From Spirochaetae bacterium HGW-Spirochaetae-3 (GTDB lineage Bacteria; Spirochaetota; Spirochaetia; Treponematales; UBA12059): a DNA stretch of 64,000 bases. Of this stretch, positions 25,994 to 36,284 are shown piece after piece. Numbering within the stretch: the first letter of the stretch is position 1; every line of letters starts with the position of its first letter. The stretch covers positions 155,269-219,268 of the forward strand of contig PGXV01000005.1 in the NCBI GenBank assembly GCA_002839315.1. The letters run 5' to 3'. Both the position numbers and the translations under genes were made by a program. The notes under the pieces are model-generated. The model did no database searches. It was not told the DNA's origin and saw nothing but the letters and a program-made list of their open reading frames with translations.

Positions 25994-27749
25994 TAGAGTA
26001 TATCAATATGCAGATGACGTATTATCAGGAAAGATACTTGCGAATAAGTACATAAAACAAGTCTGTAAGAAGTTTCAGGCTGATCTCAAGCGCAAAGATG
26101 ATGAGTGGGAATACTATTTCTCTCCGGAAATCGCAGAAGAAGTGGTTTCTGTTTGTCAAACATTTAGGTTTTTTGAAGGATCAGTAGCTGGAGAGAAGGT
26201 TCATCTGCCTGATTGGCAAGTGTTTTTTGTAGCCAATATATATGGATGGCATCGAAGAAGTGATAATCAGAGACGCTACCGACGCTCTCTTCTTTATGTC
26301 GGAAGATATAATGCAAAAACATTCCTAACAGCCCTTCTTGCGCTATATGAACTCTTGACTGTGAAAAATGGGCTTGCCGTATCCGTCGCGACCTCTACGG
26401 AACAGGCTGAGCAAGTCCTTAATTATATGAAGAAGCTCGTAGGAGCAATGGATGGTGATCCCGATTTTCTTGATGATGCAGGTGATCCGTTACTTGAAGT
26501 CTACGATTCAGCTATCTACTGTCCAAGTCGAGGATCGAGTTACTGCACAAAATCATCATCCGTTCGTAAGTTGCAGGGCTTTCATCCAACACTGCTAATA
26601 GGCGACGAGATCGCTTCATACCCAGAAACATATCGAATTATAGATGTGATTGAGAGTGGAATGAAGCAGCAGGCCCCACGACCGCTAACGATATTCACAA
26701 CTACGGGCGATCAGAATATTCACTCCATTGGTTATAACGAGTTCGAAAAGGCAAAGAAGATTCTATCGGGCCGGTTTCCCGATGAGAGCTACTTTCCAAT
26801 GATCTACTGCATCGACGACAACGATAAGTGGGATGATATATCGATAATCGGGAAAGCGAATCCGAATCTTGGTATATCGGTATCTCTTGAGGAAATAAAG
26901 CAAGCTCTAAGTGATGTTAAAATGTATCATGATCCTGCGCAGGAGCTTGAGTACAGAGTAAAGACAGCCAACGTATTCGTTCCAGGGATCAAGGGCGGGT
27001 TTACTGATAAGGAAATACAGGCAGCTATCGATAACAGTAAAAAAAGAAAGTATAAAGACTACCTAACAGATGAATATCTTGCTACGTGCCCATGCGCTGG
27101 TGGAATAGATTTGTCGAAACGGTTCGATTTCACAGCGTATACGCTCTATTGGTACATAGCAGAAATCGATATGTATTACGCTCGACATAGGTTCTATATT
27201 CCAGAAGATCAAATTGCTGCAAAGATGAAGACAGATGCTACGGGAATTCGTAAGTGGATAGAGGACGGGTTTATCAAACCTACGCCGGGCAAATCGATAG
27301 ATTATCATTACTTGAAGAAGGATTTAGATGCAGACCTTCAGCAATTTTCGATACGGGAACTTGGATACGATCAACGATACTCTTCCGATCTGATAACCAC
27401 TTTAGAAAGCAAGTATCCAGACCTGCCAACAATACTAACAGCTATTCCGAATAGTCATCAGAAGCAGCATGAAAACCTCGGAGCATGGAGAGAGATACTC
27501 GTCAACGAGAAATTAATTGATGGCAATCCTGTATGGGCGTGGATGATGACGAATGCTTCGCTAACAAGTATTCACGGATTGTCTTTTGTAGAGAAGATCG
27601 GTGATACGGAAGCAGCGAAGAGTACAAAACGAATTGATGGTGTAGATACATCAATCCTGGCATTCAATAGTCTTCGCGGGGATTCAGGAGATGAAGGGGC
27701 TGGTGAAAAAGCGCTTAGTGATTTTCTCTCTTATCGGCTGTACCACTAA
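25983..27749 (+). CDS. terminase large subunit
   Basis: 588 aa. ATPase Walker-B-like LLIGDEIASY and a C-terminal nuclease region. Synteny TerS-TerL-portal. Confidence 0.9.
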   Translation: MEVDRVYQYADDVLSGKILANKYIKQVCKKFQADLKRKDDEWEYYFSPEIAEEVVSVCQTFRFFEGSVAGEKVHLPDWQVFFVANIYGWHRRSDNQRRYRRSLLYVGRYNAKTFLTALLALYELLTVKNGLAVSVATSTEQAEQVLNYMKKLVGAMDGDPDFLDDAGDPLLEVYDSAIYCPSRGSSYCTKSSSVRKLQGFHPTLLIGDEIASYPETYRIIDVIESGMKQQAPRPLTIFTTTGDQNIHSIGYNEFEKAKKILSGRFPDESYFPMIYCIDDNDKWDDISIIGKANPNLGISVSLEEIKQALSDVKMYHDPAQELEYRVKTANVFVPGIKGGFTDKEIQAAIDNSKKRKYKDYLTDEYLATCPCAGGIDLSKRFDFTAYTLYWYIAEIDMYYARHRFYIPEDQIAAKMKTDATGIRKWIEDGFIKPTPGKSIDYHYLKKDLDADLQQFSIRELGYDQRYSSDLITTLESKYPDLPTILTAIPNSHQKQHENLGAWREILVNEKLIDGNPVWAWMMTNASLTSIHGLSFVEKIGDTEAAKSTKRIDGVDTSILAFNSLRGDSGDEGAGEKALSDFLSYRLYH

Positions 27750-27768
27750 TTAGAAATAGGAAACACCA

Positions 27769-28998
27769 ATGGCATTATTTAACCGTAAGAAATCCTTTGA
27801 TCCGCAATCATACTTTAGCACCATCATTCTTCCCTATATCCGGTCGTACCCGTTAAAAATGAATTCAACCGTTAGCGCGATCTTGGATGCAATAGCAACA
27901 ACGTACGCTACGTTAGGGCTGGGTCTCTACAATATCGAAACAGGGATGCCGGTACTACCCGGTGAGCATCCTCTAGCAGCGCGGCTTAATCAACCGAACA
28001 GTAGAGAAGGCCCTTCGCAGCTCATGTATAAGATGGCATATCAATACAAGCTAACCGGTAATGTGTTTCTGCTCTATACCGATAAAAGCTCACTAAATGT
28101 CCTAGACTCATCGAGCATTGAAGTAGATCGCAGCTCAGTATTGCCACGATATATAGATAGGATAAACCATAAAGTGTACTCCGACGCGGAGGTGGCGCAT
28201 ATATTCGACCCGCGATACGACGATGGAATTATTGGGCACTCGGCACTTGAGATAAATAAGGACGCAGTTGATCGGCTAAACATATTGCAGCTATATCAAG
28301 ATTTGTACTTCAAAAACACAGCGGGTGAGCGGCTCATCATTAACTTAGACCCAGACATGACAAAGATGCTACTTAAAGATGATAAAAAGAAAGTGTTTGA
28401 CGCGTTTGTGCAAGCAAATTTACTAGGCCCTCTTAACGCTGGTAAGCCAGCTCTCGCTCCAACAGGATCAAAAATCGAATTGATAAAGCAGACTACAAGT
28501 CTGGAGTCACAAGTAGAACTATCAAAAGACAGTCTGAAAAAAGATGTTGCGAACGTACTCGCGTGTCCGCACTACATGATTACTGGTGAATATGGAAACA
28601 ATCTTGACGAGCAGCAAACCGTGTACTTCCGTAGGTCAATATTATCAATGTCAGATATTCTCGGTGAGGGGCTCAACCATTTTCTAACTCCAAGCGAGAG
28701 ACGCAAGTTTAACTTTAAGCACGACTTCGGCAACCTGCTTTACCCAAGCACTGAGAAACTGTCTGCTATGCTTCTAAAAGAAATACGTGGTGGAGTCAGG
28801 ACAAGGAATGAAGCAAGAAAGATTCTAGGTCTCTCACCGTACATCGGTGAACAGACAGAGGTCGGCGACGTGCTTGCATGGGAAGCAAACCTTGTACCAG
28901 CGCTAAACGAATATCTTCCCCTCTACTTTGCCAATGCTCAGAAAACAATCAATGACGATAAAGAGAAGGCAGAGAACGCCAATCCTAACACAAAATAA
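27769..28998 (+). CDS. portal protein (HK97 family)
   Basis: 409 aa between TerL and the prohead protease. Sequence character is typical of HK97-type portals. Confidence 0.85.
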   Translation: MALFNRKKSFDPQSYFSTIILPYIRSYPLKMNSTVSAILDAIATTYATLGLGLYNIETGMPVLPGEHPLAARLNQPNSREGPSQLMYKMAYQYKLTGNVFLLYTDKSSLNVLDSSSIEVDRSSVLPRYIDRINHKVYSDAEVAHIFDPRYDDGIIGHSALEINKDAVDRLNILQLYQDLYFKNTAGERLIINLDPDMTKMLLKDDKKKVFDAFVQANLLGPLNAGKPALAPTGSKIELIKQTTSLESQVELSKDSLKKDVANVLACPHYMITGEYGNNLDEQQTVYFRRSILSMSDILGEGLNHFLTPSERRKFNFKHDFGNLLYPSTEKLSAMLLKEIRGGVRTRNEARKILGLSPYIGEQTEVGDVLAWEANLVPALNEYLPLYFANAQKTINDDKEKAENANPNTK

Positions 28999-29027
28999 AG
29001 TGACACTAATTAAACGGAGAATAAATA

Positions 29028-29819
29028 ATGACAAAAAAGTGGTACGCGATAGCAGATAATGAGAAGGCTGACACAGCTGAGATATCCATTTATGACGAAA
29101 TCGGCTTCTGGGGAACTACCTTCGTACAATTCGCTGAAGACTTTAATAAGATTAAGAATAGAAGCTCAATAAAACTGTACTTGAATAGTGTTGGTGGAAG
29201 CGTATTCGATGGTCTCGGTATATACAATCTTCTATCGTCAGTACATGACAGGCTCACCGTTGAGGTCATGGGACTGGCTGCATCCATTTCGTCAGTGATT
29301 TTCCTTGCCGGAGACATACGAATTATGGATGAAGGTACTTTCTTGATGGTTCACCTACCCTCAGTCTCTACATCCGGAGGTTCTGACGATTTGAGAAAAG
29401 ACGCTGATACCCTGGATAAGATAAAAGAGGAGATAGTTAACATTTATGTAAACCGCACAGGAATGGCACAGGATACGATTACAAAGCTCATGGAAGCAGA
29501 GACGTGGTTTACCGCAGACGAAGCGGTTAAGAACGGATTTGCCACAGTCACTAACAAGCAAGCGCAAGCCACTAATTGTTTATACAACCTTACCTCAAGA
29601 GGGTTTGTAAACGTACCTAAGAATCTAAGTCGCCCAGCAGTAACGATTGCAGATATGACTGTTCGAGACTTTGAAAAAACCTTACGCGATGTGGGGTTTT
29701 CCAAATCAGAGGCAACATTACTTGCCTCGAAGTTTGGAGCAGAGAAGATTGACGAGAGAGAGTCTCAAGGATCTTTGAGCGCAGAAGCTTACGAGCAACT
29801 AAGTAAAATATTTGAATAA
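29028..29819 (+). CDS. ClpP-like (S14) prohead maturation protease
   Basis: LNSVGGSVFDGLGIYNLL...MGLAASISSVIFLAGD...MVHLP matches the ClpP-fold Ser/His region. Located between the portal and capsid genes. Confidence 0.9.
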   Translation: MTKKWYAIADNEKADTAEISIYDEIGFWGTTFVQFAEDFNKIKNRSSIKLYLNSVGGSVFDGLGIYNLLSSVHDRLTVEVMGLAASISSVIFLAGDIRIMDEGTFLMVHLPSVSTSGGSDDLRKDADTLDKIKEEIVNIYVNRTGMAQDTITKLMEAETWFTADEAVKNGFATVTNKQAQATNCLYNLTSRGFVNVPKNLSRPAVTIADMTVRDFEKTLRDVGFSKSEATLLASKFGAEKIDERESQGSLSAEAYEQLSKIFE

Positions 29820-29833
29820 AACAGGAGATTATC

Positions 29834-30922
29834 ATGGATAACGAAAAGACTATTATTGACGAGCTTAAGGCCAAGCAGGAAGCTGGCTTCAAAAGACTCG
29901 AAGACAAGGCAGCTGAACTTCAGAAGGATGTTGACGCAGAAATTCTCGATGTAAGGCAGAAGCTCATCAACTTCTCAATCCCTGTAGCAGGGACAAACAA
30001 GTCCGAAGCGGCTCTAAGAGACTTCGGTAAGTACCTCATATCGAAAGGCGTTATTGCGCCAACAAACGTATCCTCGCCCATAGTTACAGGTGATGAGTAT
30101 GGTATTCCAGTTCTCGCAGACGGTGTTTACAAGGCTCTGAATCTCGGCTCGACTATGAGAAAGCCGATCGGCGAAGCTGCAATGTCCCGAGTACGAACCT
30201 ACAGTTCCACTACGAATGTGATAGCCAAGACCAACCCTGACGCTGCTCTCATTGCTGAAGGTGACGCATATCCCGATTATACCGACAAGGGAGCAAAGGT
30301 AACGTTTAACGCGTACAAGATCGGCTCAGTGTACGGCATTACTGAAGAGGCTAACGAGGACACTGTTCTTAACGTCATCCAGGACTTTACTGATGATGCT
30401 GCTCGCGCAGTCGCTAAGAAAGAGAATAGTTACTTCTTCGTTGGAGCAGGTACTACCGAGCCACAGGGAATCATTGTCGGCGGAACTGTTGCAGTCACCG
30501 CAGCTTCTGAAACCGCTATAACATATCAGGAGCTTGTAGATCTCGATGAGTCTCTCCCTGAAGAGTATCAAGAAGGCGCTGCGTACTTCGGTAATGCTAA
30601 AACCTTTGCCTACCTTAGAGGACTTAAAGACACCAACGGCCAGCCGCTTATTAAGGACTACATGGAGGGTCGATTCTCTACTCTTTTTGGTCGACCAATT
30701 GTTCGCGTAAGCGCAATAGACGAAATTGCTGCTGACAAGAAGGTTCTTTGCCTCGGTAACCGCTCCGGATACGGAATTGGCGATAGAGCGGGTGGTGTAC
30801 GAACGTACGTTTACCTTGATAACTCTACTGGATCAACCAAGATTCGATGGAACATTCGCACCGATGGAAAGGTGCTTGATGCCAAGGCATTCCAAATCTT
30901 AAAGATGAAGGCTGGCGCATAA
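29834..30922 (+). CDS. major capsid protein (HK97 family)
   Basis: 362 aa with an N-terminal coiled-coil delta-like domain. Position after the protease. Confidence 0.85.
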   Translation: MDNEKTIIDELKAKQEAGFKRLEDKAAELQKDVDAEILDVRQKLINFSIPVAGTNKSEAALRDFGKYLISKGVIAPTNVSSPIVTGDEYGIPVLADGVYKALNLGSTMRKPIGEAAMSRVRTYSSTTNVIAKTNPDAALIAEGDAYPDYTDKGAKVTFNAYKIGSVYGITEEANEDTVLNVIQDFTDDAARAVAKKENSYFFVGAGTTEPQGIIVGGTVAVTAASETAITYQELVDLDESLPEEYQEGAAYFGNAKTFAYLRGLKDTNGQPLIKDYMEGRFSTLFGRPIVRVSAIDEIAADKKVLCLGNRSGYGIGDRAGGVRTYVYLDNSTGSTKIRWNIRTDGKVLDAKAFQILKMKAGA

Positions 30923-30972
30923 CCAATAACGGGAGGGGAGAAATCTTCTCCCGTAATTTAATAAACGCTCTT

Positions 30973-31029
30973 GAAGCGGGTTTATCGGAAGTTACCTCCT
31001 TCGTCCGATTACCCGCTTCTCTTTTCTTC
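30973..31029 (+). terminator. long hairpin / candidate terminator after the capsid gene
   Basis: Outer stem GAAGCGGGT / ACCCGCTTC followed by TCTTTTCTT. A smaller hairpin ACGGGAG/CTCCCGT lies at 30929-30954. Confidence 0.55.
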
Positions 31030-31051
31030 CACTAATTAAAGGGAGAATAGA

Positions 31052-31585
31052 ATGGCATATGCAACAGTAACAGAGTTCAATACATACATACGAGATGATA
31101 ATCCAGACACGAGCGACGCTGCTATAGCACAGAAACAGGAATGGCTTGATGCGGCATCAGCGGATATAGATGCGTACTTAGGGTACTCAATCGAAGAAAA
31201 CGATTATGTAGAGAGTCTAAGCGGATATGGGCTTAACCATATCGGACTATCAGCTAAACCTATTACGGTAGTCACATCAGTCACCATAGACGACGTTGCG
31301 GTCTCACTCGATGAGATAACGATAGAAGGTAGCTTTATAATCTATACAGAGATATTTCCTCGTGGGAATAGAAACGTTCACGTAGAGTACACAGCGGGTT
31401 ATGCAGAAATCCCCGCCCCTATTAAGCTGGTATGTAAAACCCTTGCAGACCTATACCGAGTCGCCGCACAAAGTACTGGCGTTTCATCAGTATCCGATCC
31501 TCGATTTGGGTCGAGAACATACAGCCAAACAGACCAGAAGCGAGCACTTCGTGGAATCGATCAGTATCGATTGCTGAGGCTCTAA
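31052..31585 (+). CDS. head-tail connector / DNA-packaging protein (gp6-like)
   Basis: 177 aa, first gene after the capsid. N-terminus MAYATVTEFNTYIRDD.. resembles the gp6-like connector family. Assigned by synteny. Confidence 0.65.
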   Translation: MAYATVTEFNTYIRDDNPDTSDAAIAQKQEWLDAASADIDAYLGYSIEENDYVESLSGYGLNHIGLSAKPITVVTSVTIDDVAVSLDEITIEGSFIIYTEIFPRGNRNVHVEYTAGYAEIPAPIKLVCKTLADLYRVAAQSTGVSSVSDPRFGSRTYSQTDQKRALRGIDQYRLLRL

Positions 31586-32053
31586 ATGTTTTCAAGATTT
31601 GACATAGACTTCAAGGCAGAGAGTGTATTACGCGCTCTTGACCTTACGAAAAAAGATATGAATAAGACAGCAAAAAAATGTATGGCAGGAGCGTTTCAAG
31701 CAGTACGTCGTGATATTCGAAAGGGATTGCGCGGTTCAGTATTAAAGAAAAGAACTGGAACCTTATATAAGAACATCACGTATAAAGCGAAAGACGACTA
31801 TAGCGGATACATTCGTATCGGTAGTCGTTATGCAAGTATGCAAGAAGAAGGGGCAACGATAATTCCTCGAAACGGGAAGTATCTACGATTTCAAATTGAC
31901 GGTACATGGGTAACGACAAGTAAAGTAATTCTGCCAGCTCGCCCGTTCTCTAAGCCAGTATTTAATTCGTATTTTTCAGGTTCTGGAAAAGCAGAAGCGA
32001 TAATGGACGCGGTGATGCAGAAGGAATTAGAGAAGATATTCTCGAAGGCATAA
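31586..32053 (+). CDS. HK97 gp10-family head-tail joining protein
   Basis: 155 aa. Pattern ..KKRTGTLYKNITYK...IGSRYASMQEEGATI.. fits the gp10 family. Start abuts the upstream stop. Confidence 0.6.
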   Translation: MFSRFDIDFKAESVLRALDLTKKDMNKTAKKCMAGAFQAVRRDIRKGLRGSVLKKRTGTLYKNITYKAKDDYSGYIRIGSRYASMQEEGATIIPRNGKYLRFQIDGTWVTTSKVILPARPFSKPVFNSYFSGSGKAEAIMDAVMQKELEKIFSKA

Positions 32054-32055
32054 TA

Positions 32056-32508
32056 ATGGATTTTGAAAAAGTAGTTGATGATATTAAGACCTATATCGAG
32101 ACACAGTTTCCGATTGCACTCGCTGCTATTGAGGTTGCGAAGCCCGATATTGTCCTGGGTAAACCGGACTTATATCTGCTCGACTATCCAGACACAGGCA
32201 GGCAGCAAGCCGTTGTCTTCTTTATTTATCCAGATGAATGGGAGTTTAGCCAGGTCTCGAATGTCAGCCGTGAAATGGCAAATAGCATTCACTTGTTCAC
32301 AACGTTCAAAGGAACATCACCAGCGCTCGTTAAGAAAATTCTTAGATATATGGAAGCACTCTACTCAACACTAACTACAGATGACACGTTAGGTAATGCG
32401 GTAGAGCAAAGCGAGATATCGTCTGCTAGCTGGTATAAGGCTATTGAAGCCTCGGCAGATACGAAAGCAATAGAAGTAGTTCTTCGTGTTTCAACGCTCG
32501 TTCACTAA
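32056..32508 (+). CDS. hypothetical tail-completion/terminator-position protein
   Basis: 150-aa ORF in the slot preceding the major tail gene. No motif recognised. Confidence 0.55.
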   Translation: MDFEKVVDDIKTYIETQFPIALAAIEVAKPDIVLGKPDLYLLDYPDTGRQQAVVFFIYPDEWEFSQVSNVSREMANSIHLFTTFKGTSPALVKKILRYMEALYSTLTTDDTLGNAVEQSEISSASWYKAIEASADTKAIEVVLRVSTLVH

Positions 32509-32530
32509 TTAAATAATAGAGGAGACCGTT

Positions 32531-33490
32531 ATGAATGGTAATAAGGTAATAGTACAGTACGGAGTGGAAGAAACATACGGAACCGTTGGTACAGCGACGA
32601 AGCAAATAGAGATTGCGAGTGAATCGTTTAAGCTCAATCTTAACAAAAAAGAGGAAGGGCTATTAACCGGAAAGGCTGTAGGTGGTCGTGTTCGTACTGT
32701 TAGTAAGAGCATTGATGGTGGTTTTAAGACACTTGTACGTCCCGATGATATTGGTCTTTTTCTGGCCGCAGCACTTGGGGAAGAAGCGAGTGTTACTGTG
32801 GTGCCGTCATCGACAGCCGCGTATAAACATGATTTTACAATTACAGACGAAGATGTACTCCCATCTCTCTTCTTCAAGGTAAAGAGAGATTCAACTGTTG
32901 TTAAATCATATTCAGGTTTAGCGGTAGATAGTATTAACTTTGATTCATCCGCAGAAGATTATCTAAACGTAGATATAACGTTTGTTGGTAAGGATGAGGA
33001 GGATGATGACCTTGAAACAGGATTATCTAACAGCCCACTCGATACACTTAGATTCGCTGGAACTACTCTAACAGTAGGTGGTACCGCACTTGAAGTATCC
33101 TCGACTAAGTTTAGCTATTCAAACAATCACGACGCTAAGACACAGACCAATCTAACAGGCCTGTATTTCAAGCAGCCTGAAGTTGGTCAGCGAGACATAA
33201 CCGTAGAGCTTGAAGCAATATATGACTCGGTATCAAACGGAGTTCGCGATTCGTATTGGCTAACGGATAGCGATGTTGCAGTCTCTATTAAGTTTGTAAG
33301 CAGAGAAGAGGTTGAAGAGGGGTATCCGTACTCACTTACATTCACCTTGCCGCTGTGCCAAGTAACTGAAGCAACGGTTAATATTTCAGGTAAAGATAGA
33401 GTGAAGCTACCATTGAAACTCAAGCTCGTTGATGACACCGGATTCAAGGTATCACTCGTTAACGGACTTGCGACTAAGTATATCGTATAA
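32531..33490 (+). CDS. major tail protein (by position)
   Basis: 319 aa, strong AGAGGAG RBS. Lies immediately upstream of the frameshifting chaperone pair and the tape measure. Confidence 0.6.
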   Translation: MNGNKVIVQYGVEETYGTVGTATKQIEIASESFKLNLNKKEEGLLTGKAVGGRVRTVSKSIDGGFKTLVRPDDIGLFLAAALGEEASVTVVPSSTAAYKHDFTITDEDVLPSLFFKVKRDSTVVKSYSGLAVDSINFDSSAEDYLNVDITFVGKDEEDDDLETGLSNSPLDTLRFAGTTLTVGGTALEVSSTKFSYSNNHDAKTQTNLTGLYFKQPEVGQRDITVELEAIYDSVSNGVRDSYWLTDSDVAVSIKFVSREEVEEGYPYSLTFTLPLCQVTEATVNISGKDRVKLPLKLKLVDDTGFKVSLVNGLATKYIV

Positions 33491-33506
33491 ATAGGAGGAA
33501 GGAGAA

Positions 33507-33860
33507 TTGAAAGCATCTGATTTTGAGAAGCAGTATATTGTTGAATCGAAATTCGAGTTCGAAGGTACTGATGGATACATTAAGCTGCGTGAGCCTACGG
33601 AAGATGAACTGCTTGAACTTGGACAGGGTAAGGATGATGAGACAAAGATAACAAAACACATTCTTACAAAACTCGTTCCAGCATGTCTAGTTGAACATAA
33701 CTTCGAGCATGATGATGGTACGTCTCTCGGTAATGATGAAGTTGTTACGCTCTTAAAGAAATCTGGTCAAAAGATTAACAGAACTATCAAGCAATGGTTT
33801 GAGGCATTTAGCGACTCAATCGAACCGGCAGCAGAAGAGAAAGATACTAAAAAAAAGTAA
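33507..33860 (+). CDS. tail assembly chaperone (short, zero-frame product)
   Basis: TTG start after AGGAGGAAGGAG. 117 aa, acidic. Ends ..DTKKK* within the slippery A-run. Confidence 0.7.
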   Translation: MKASDFEKQYIVESKFEFEGTDGYIKLREPTEDELLELGQGKDDETKITKHILTKLVPACLVEHNFEHDDGTSLGNDEVVTLLKKSGQKINRTIKQWFEAFSDSIEPAAEEKDTKKK

Positions 33861-34141
33861 AGACACAATGGGCGATAGAGCGACAAGAATTACGCGACGT
33901 CGCCCAGATTCTTTTTAGCGGCGGTCTAATCCCGTCAGACCTACAGCACACTTATAAAAAATGGCAATTCTTCTTCAAGCTCTTCTATCGAATTATAGAT
34001 TGTGAAAACGGTAATTACCTTCGTGACCCTACACAGAACCCACCATATGACCAACCAGCAAAGACGATGATGATTCTAGACACGCTTCGTGATCTTTGGC
34101 GTGAGAAATTGCAGAAAGAAAACAATGCACGAATGAATTAA
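33507..34141 (+). CDS. tail assembly chaperone, long form made by -1 programmed frameshift at 33851-33857
   Basis: The -1 frame is open for 95 codons from 33854 to TAA 34139-34141 (translated by hand, no stop). It has no start codon of its own and ends 14 nt before the tape measure ATG. Confidence 0.65.
33851..33857 (+). promoter_or_regulatory. slippery heptamer A_AAA_AAG (-1 ribosomal frameshift site)
   Basis: Zero-frame codons are ACT AAA AAA AAG TAA. The heptamer is identical to the dnaX-type shift site. A GC stem TGGGCGA / TCGCCCA (33869-33875 / 33900-33906) begins 12 nt downstream. Confidence 0.65.
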
Positions 34142-34155
34142 AAACAGGAATAACC

Positions 34156-36282
34156 ATGGCAAGCGTAACCTACAAAATTAATGGAAAGGCAGATAACTCG
34201 GCAATCGATTCTGCAAAGAAAGGACTTCAGTCGTTAGGACAAGTTGCCAGTGGTGTTCAAAAAATATTTACAGGCTTCCTTGCGATAAAAGCCGTTCAGA
34301 TGGTTTCAAAAGGAATCGGCGATACCCTCTCAGCATATCAAACTCAACAGAAAGCAATATCTCAATTAACACACGCGGTATCTAACAACGCTAATCTAAC
34401 AAGTGCATCACTAAAACGAATAATCGACTATACAGGTAAACTTCAAGGCAATAGTATCTTCGGAGACGAGACGCTTCAAGGACAAGCAACGCTACTCGCG
34501 GGCATGCAGCTTACTGAAGATCAAATTAAAAACGTATTGAAAGCGGCAACTGAATTAACATCTGCCGGTATAGGAACTCTCGAAGGTAACGTTAAGAACC
34601 TCTCTAAACAATTCGGAGGAATGACCGGCGAACTTGGAGAGAGTCTACCTGCGTTAAAAAGATTCAGTAAAGAAGCGTTAATGGCTGGTGAAGGCGTTGC
34701 CTTCGTTGCCAAACAATACGCCGGATTTGCGGCGAACCTAGCTAATAACACTCTCGAAGGTAAGCAAAATAAAATAGGCAATCTGCTCAGTGACATTCAA
34801 GAGAAAATTGGCGCGTTATTTGCGATAGGTAAGATTAGTCTGTTCGATAATCTTGAGCCGTTACTGATTAAGATCAACGACTACTTAGCAACGATGCTTC
34901 CGAAGATTGCGAGTTTCTTCATTAACCTGCCGACGATGGCGTCTATTGCATTCGATACCGTTATGCAACTTGCCAAGCGGATATTTACTATTCAATTTGC
35001 ATTCGACCTGTTAAAAAATCTAGCCGGATACATTATCGATGTATTCAAGGCAACGTTCGAAACACTTTTTAATATCATCTATGCGATTTCTAATACCCTT
35101 GTTGCCCCGATTAAATATGCATTCGATTCGCTCGTCTATGGTGTACAGCTGTTATTCACAAACATGTTCAACGGCCTCATGTCGGGGGTTGAAGGCGTAG
35201 TGAACTTCATCCTGTCTGGTGTTAACAAGTTAATTGGAGCAATCAATAAAGTATCAACTTTCTTAAAACAAGGTGACATCTTATCGGAAATAAAAGATAT
35301 CAAGATTACTGCCACGTTACCAAAGCCTGTCGATTTCAGACAAGACCCAGTGAAGTCAATTGGCGATGGATGGAAAGGTGTTGGAACAAGTCTACTATCA
35401 ACGGTAAAGACAATCGGAGAATCTTATTTAACACACACGTCAGCTGTCGGTGAATCTCTTTCGCCAATGCTTGCCGAATTCGTAAACAAGATTGAAGCAT
35501 TAATAGATACATTGCCAGGTTGGGCCAAAGACATCTTTGCCCCAGCTATTGGGGAAGCGGTATCTGTTAGCCAGTCAGGATCGAGCGATGCAGGAGCATC
35601 TGCATCGAGTGGTGGTGGATTCAGCCTATTCGGTGGCGCGGATATGTCACCACTATCATTATTAATGGATGCAATCTCGCCGCTCATTGATATGTTTATG
35701 TCATTAAGCTCGTTGCAGATGATAATGGATCCGTTAATGATAGTATTTAAGGGAATATTTAGTGTACTAAGCCCTATCATAGACTCACTGCTCACACCGT
35801 TAATTGGGATATTTACGATTATCGGGCAGACAATCGGAAAAGTGTTATCGCCGCTATTAATAGCACTGACACCAATTATTGAAATTATTACGAATGGATT
35901 TATCTTCCTCTATAACTATGCAATACGACCATTAGCCAACTCTATCATCTGGGTCGTATCAACAATCTATAACATGGTAGCCAATCTCGTTAACGCTGTT
36001 GTCTCAGCGCTAAATCACATACCGTTTGTTAATATCAAATGGAAAATGGCAACAATGAGTTATGACTCGCTAAAGCTCGATGCCATTACTTCAAAAGATG
36101 TAAGTTCGGCGGGTACAACGGCCGTCGATAGTGCCGCTTCAAGTACGTCAGCGTCGTATACAGGACCTTCGACAATAAATATTTATATCAACTATACGAA
36201 TAGCTACGTTAATGGAGACGCGAGAGAAATAGCACTTAATATTAGACAAGAGATACAGACAGCCGAGGCAATGGGATACTGA
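34156..36282 (+). CDS. tail tape measure protein
   Basis: 708 aa, long helical N-terminal part and Gly/Ala/Ile/Leu-rich hydrophobic segments. Canonical position after the chaperone pair. Confidence 0.85.
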   Translation: MASVTYKINGKADNSAIDSAKKGLQSLGQVASGVQKIFTGFLAIKAVQMVSKGIGDTLSAYQTQQKAISQLTHAVSNNANLTSASLKRIIDYTGKLQGNSIFGDETLQGQATLLAGMQLTEDQIKNVLKAATELTSAGIGTLEGNVKNLSKQFGGMTGELGESLPALKRFSKEALMAGEGVAFVAKQYAGFAANLANNTLEGKQNKIGNLLSDIQEKIGALFAIGKISLFDNLEPLLIKINDYLATMLPKIASFFINLPTMASIAFDTVMQLAKRIFTIQFAFDLLKNLAGYIIDVFKATFETLFNIIYAISNTLVAPIKYAFDSLVYGVQLLFTNMFNGLMSGVEGVVNFILSGVNKLIGAINKVSTFLKQGDILSEIKDIKITATLPKPVDFRQDPVKSIGDGWKGVGTSLLSTVKTIGESYLTHTSAVGESLSPMLAEFVNKIEALIDTLPGWAKDIFAPAIGEAVSVSQSGSSDAGASASSGGGFSLFGGADMSPLSLLMDAISPLIDMFMSLSSLQMIMDPLMIVFKGIFSVLSPIIDSLLTPLIGIFTIIGQTIGKVLSPLLIALTPIIEIITNGFIFLYNYAIRPLANSIIWVVSTIYNMVANLVNAVVSALNHIPFVNIKWKMATMSYDSLKLDAITSKDVSSAGTTAVDSAASSTSASYTGPSTINIYINYTNSYVNGDAREIALNIRQEIQTAEAMGY

Positions 36283-36284
36283 TA

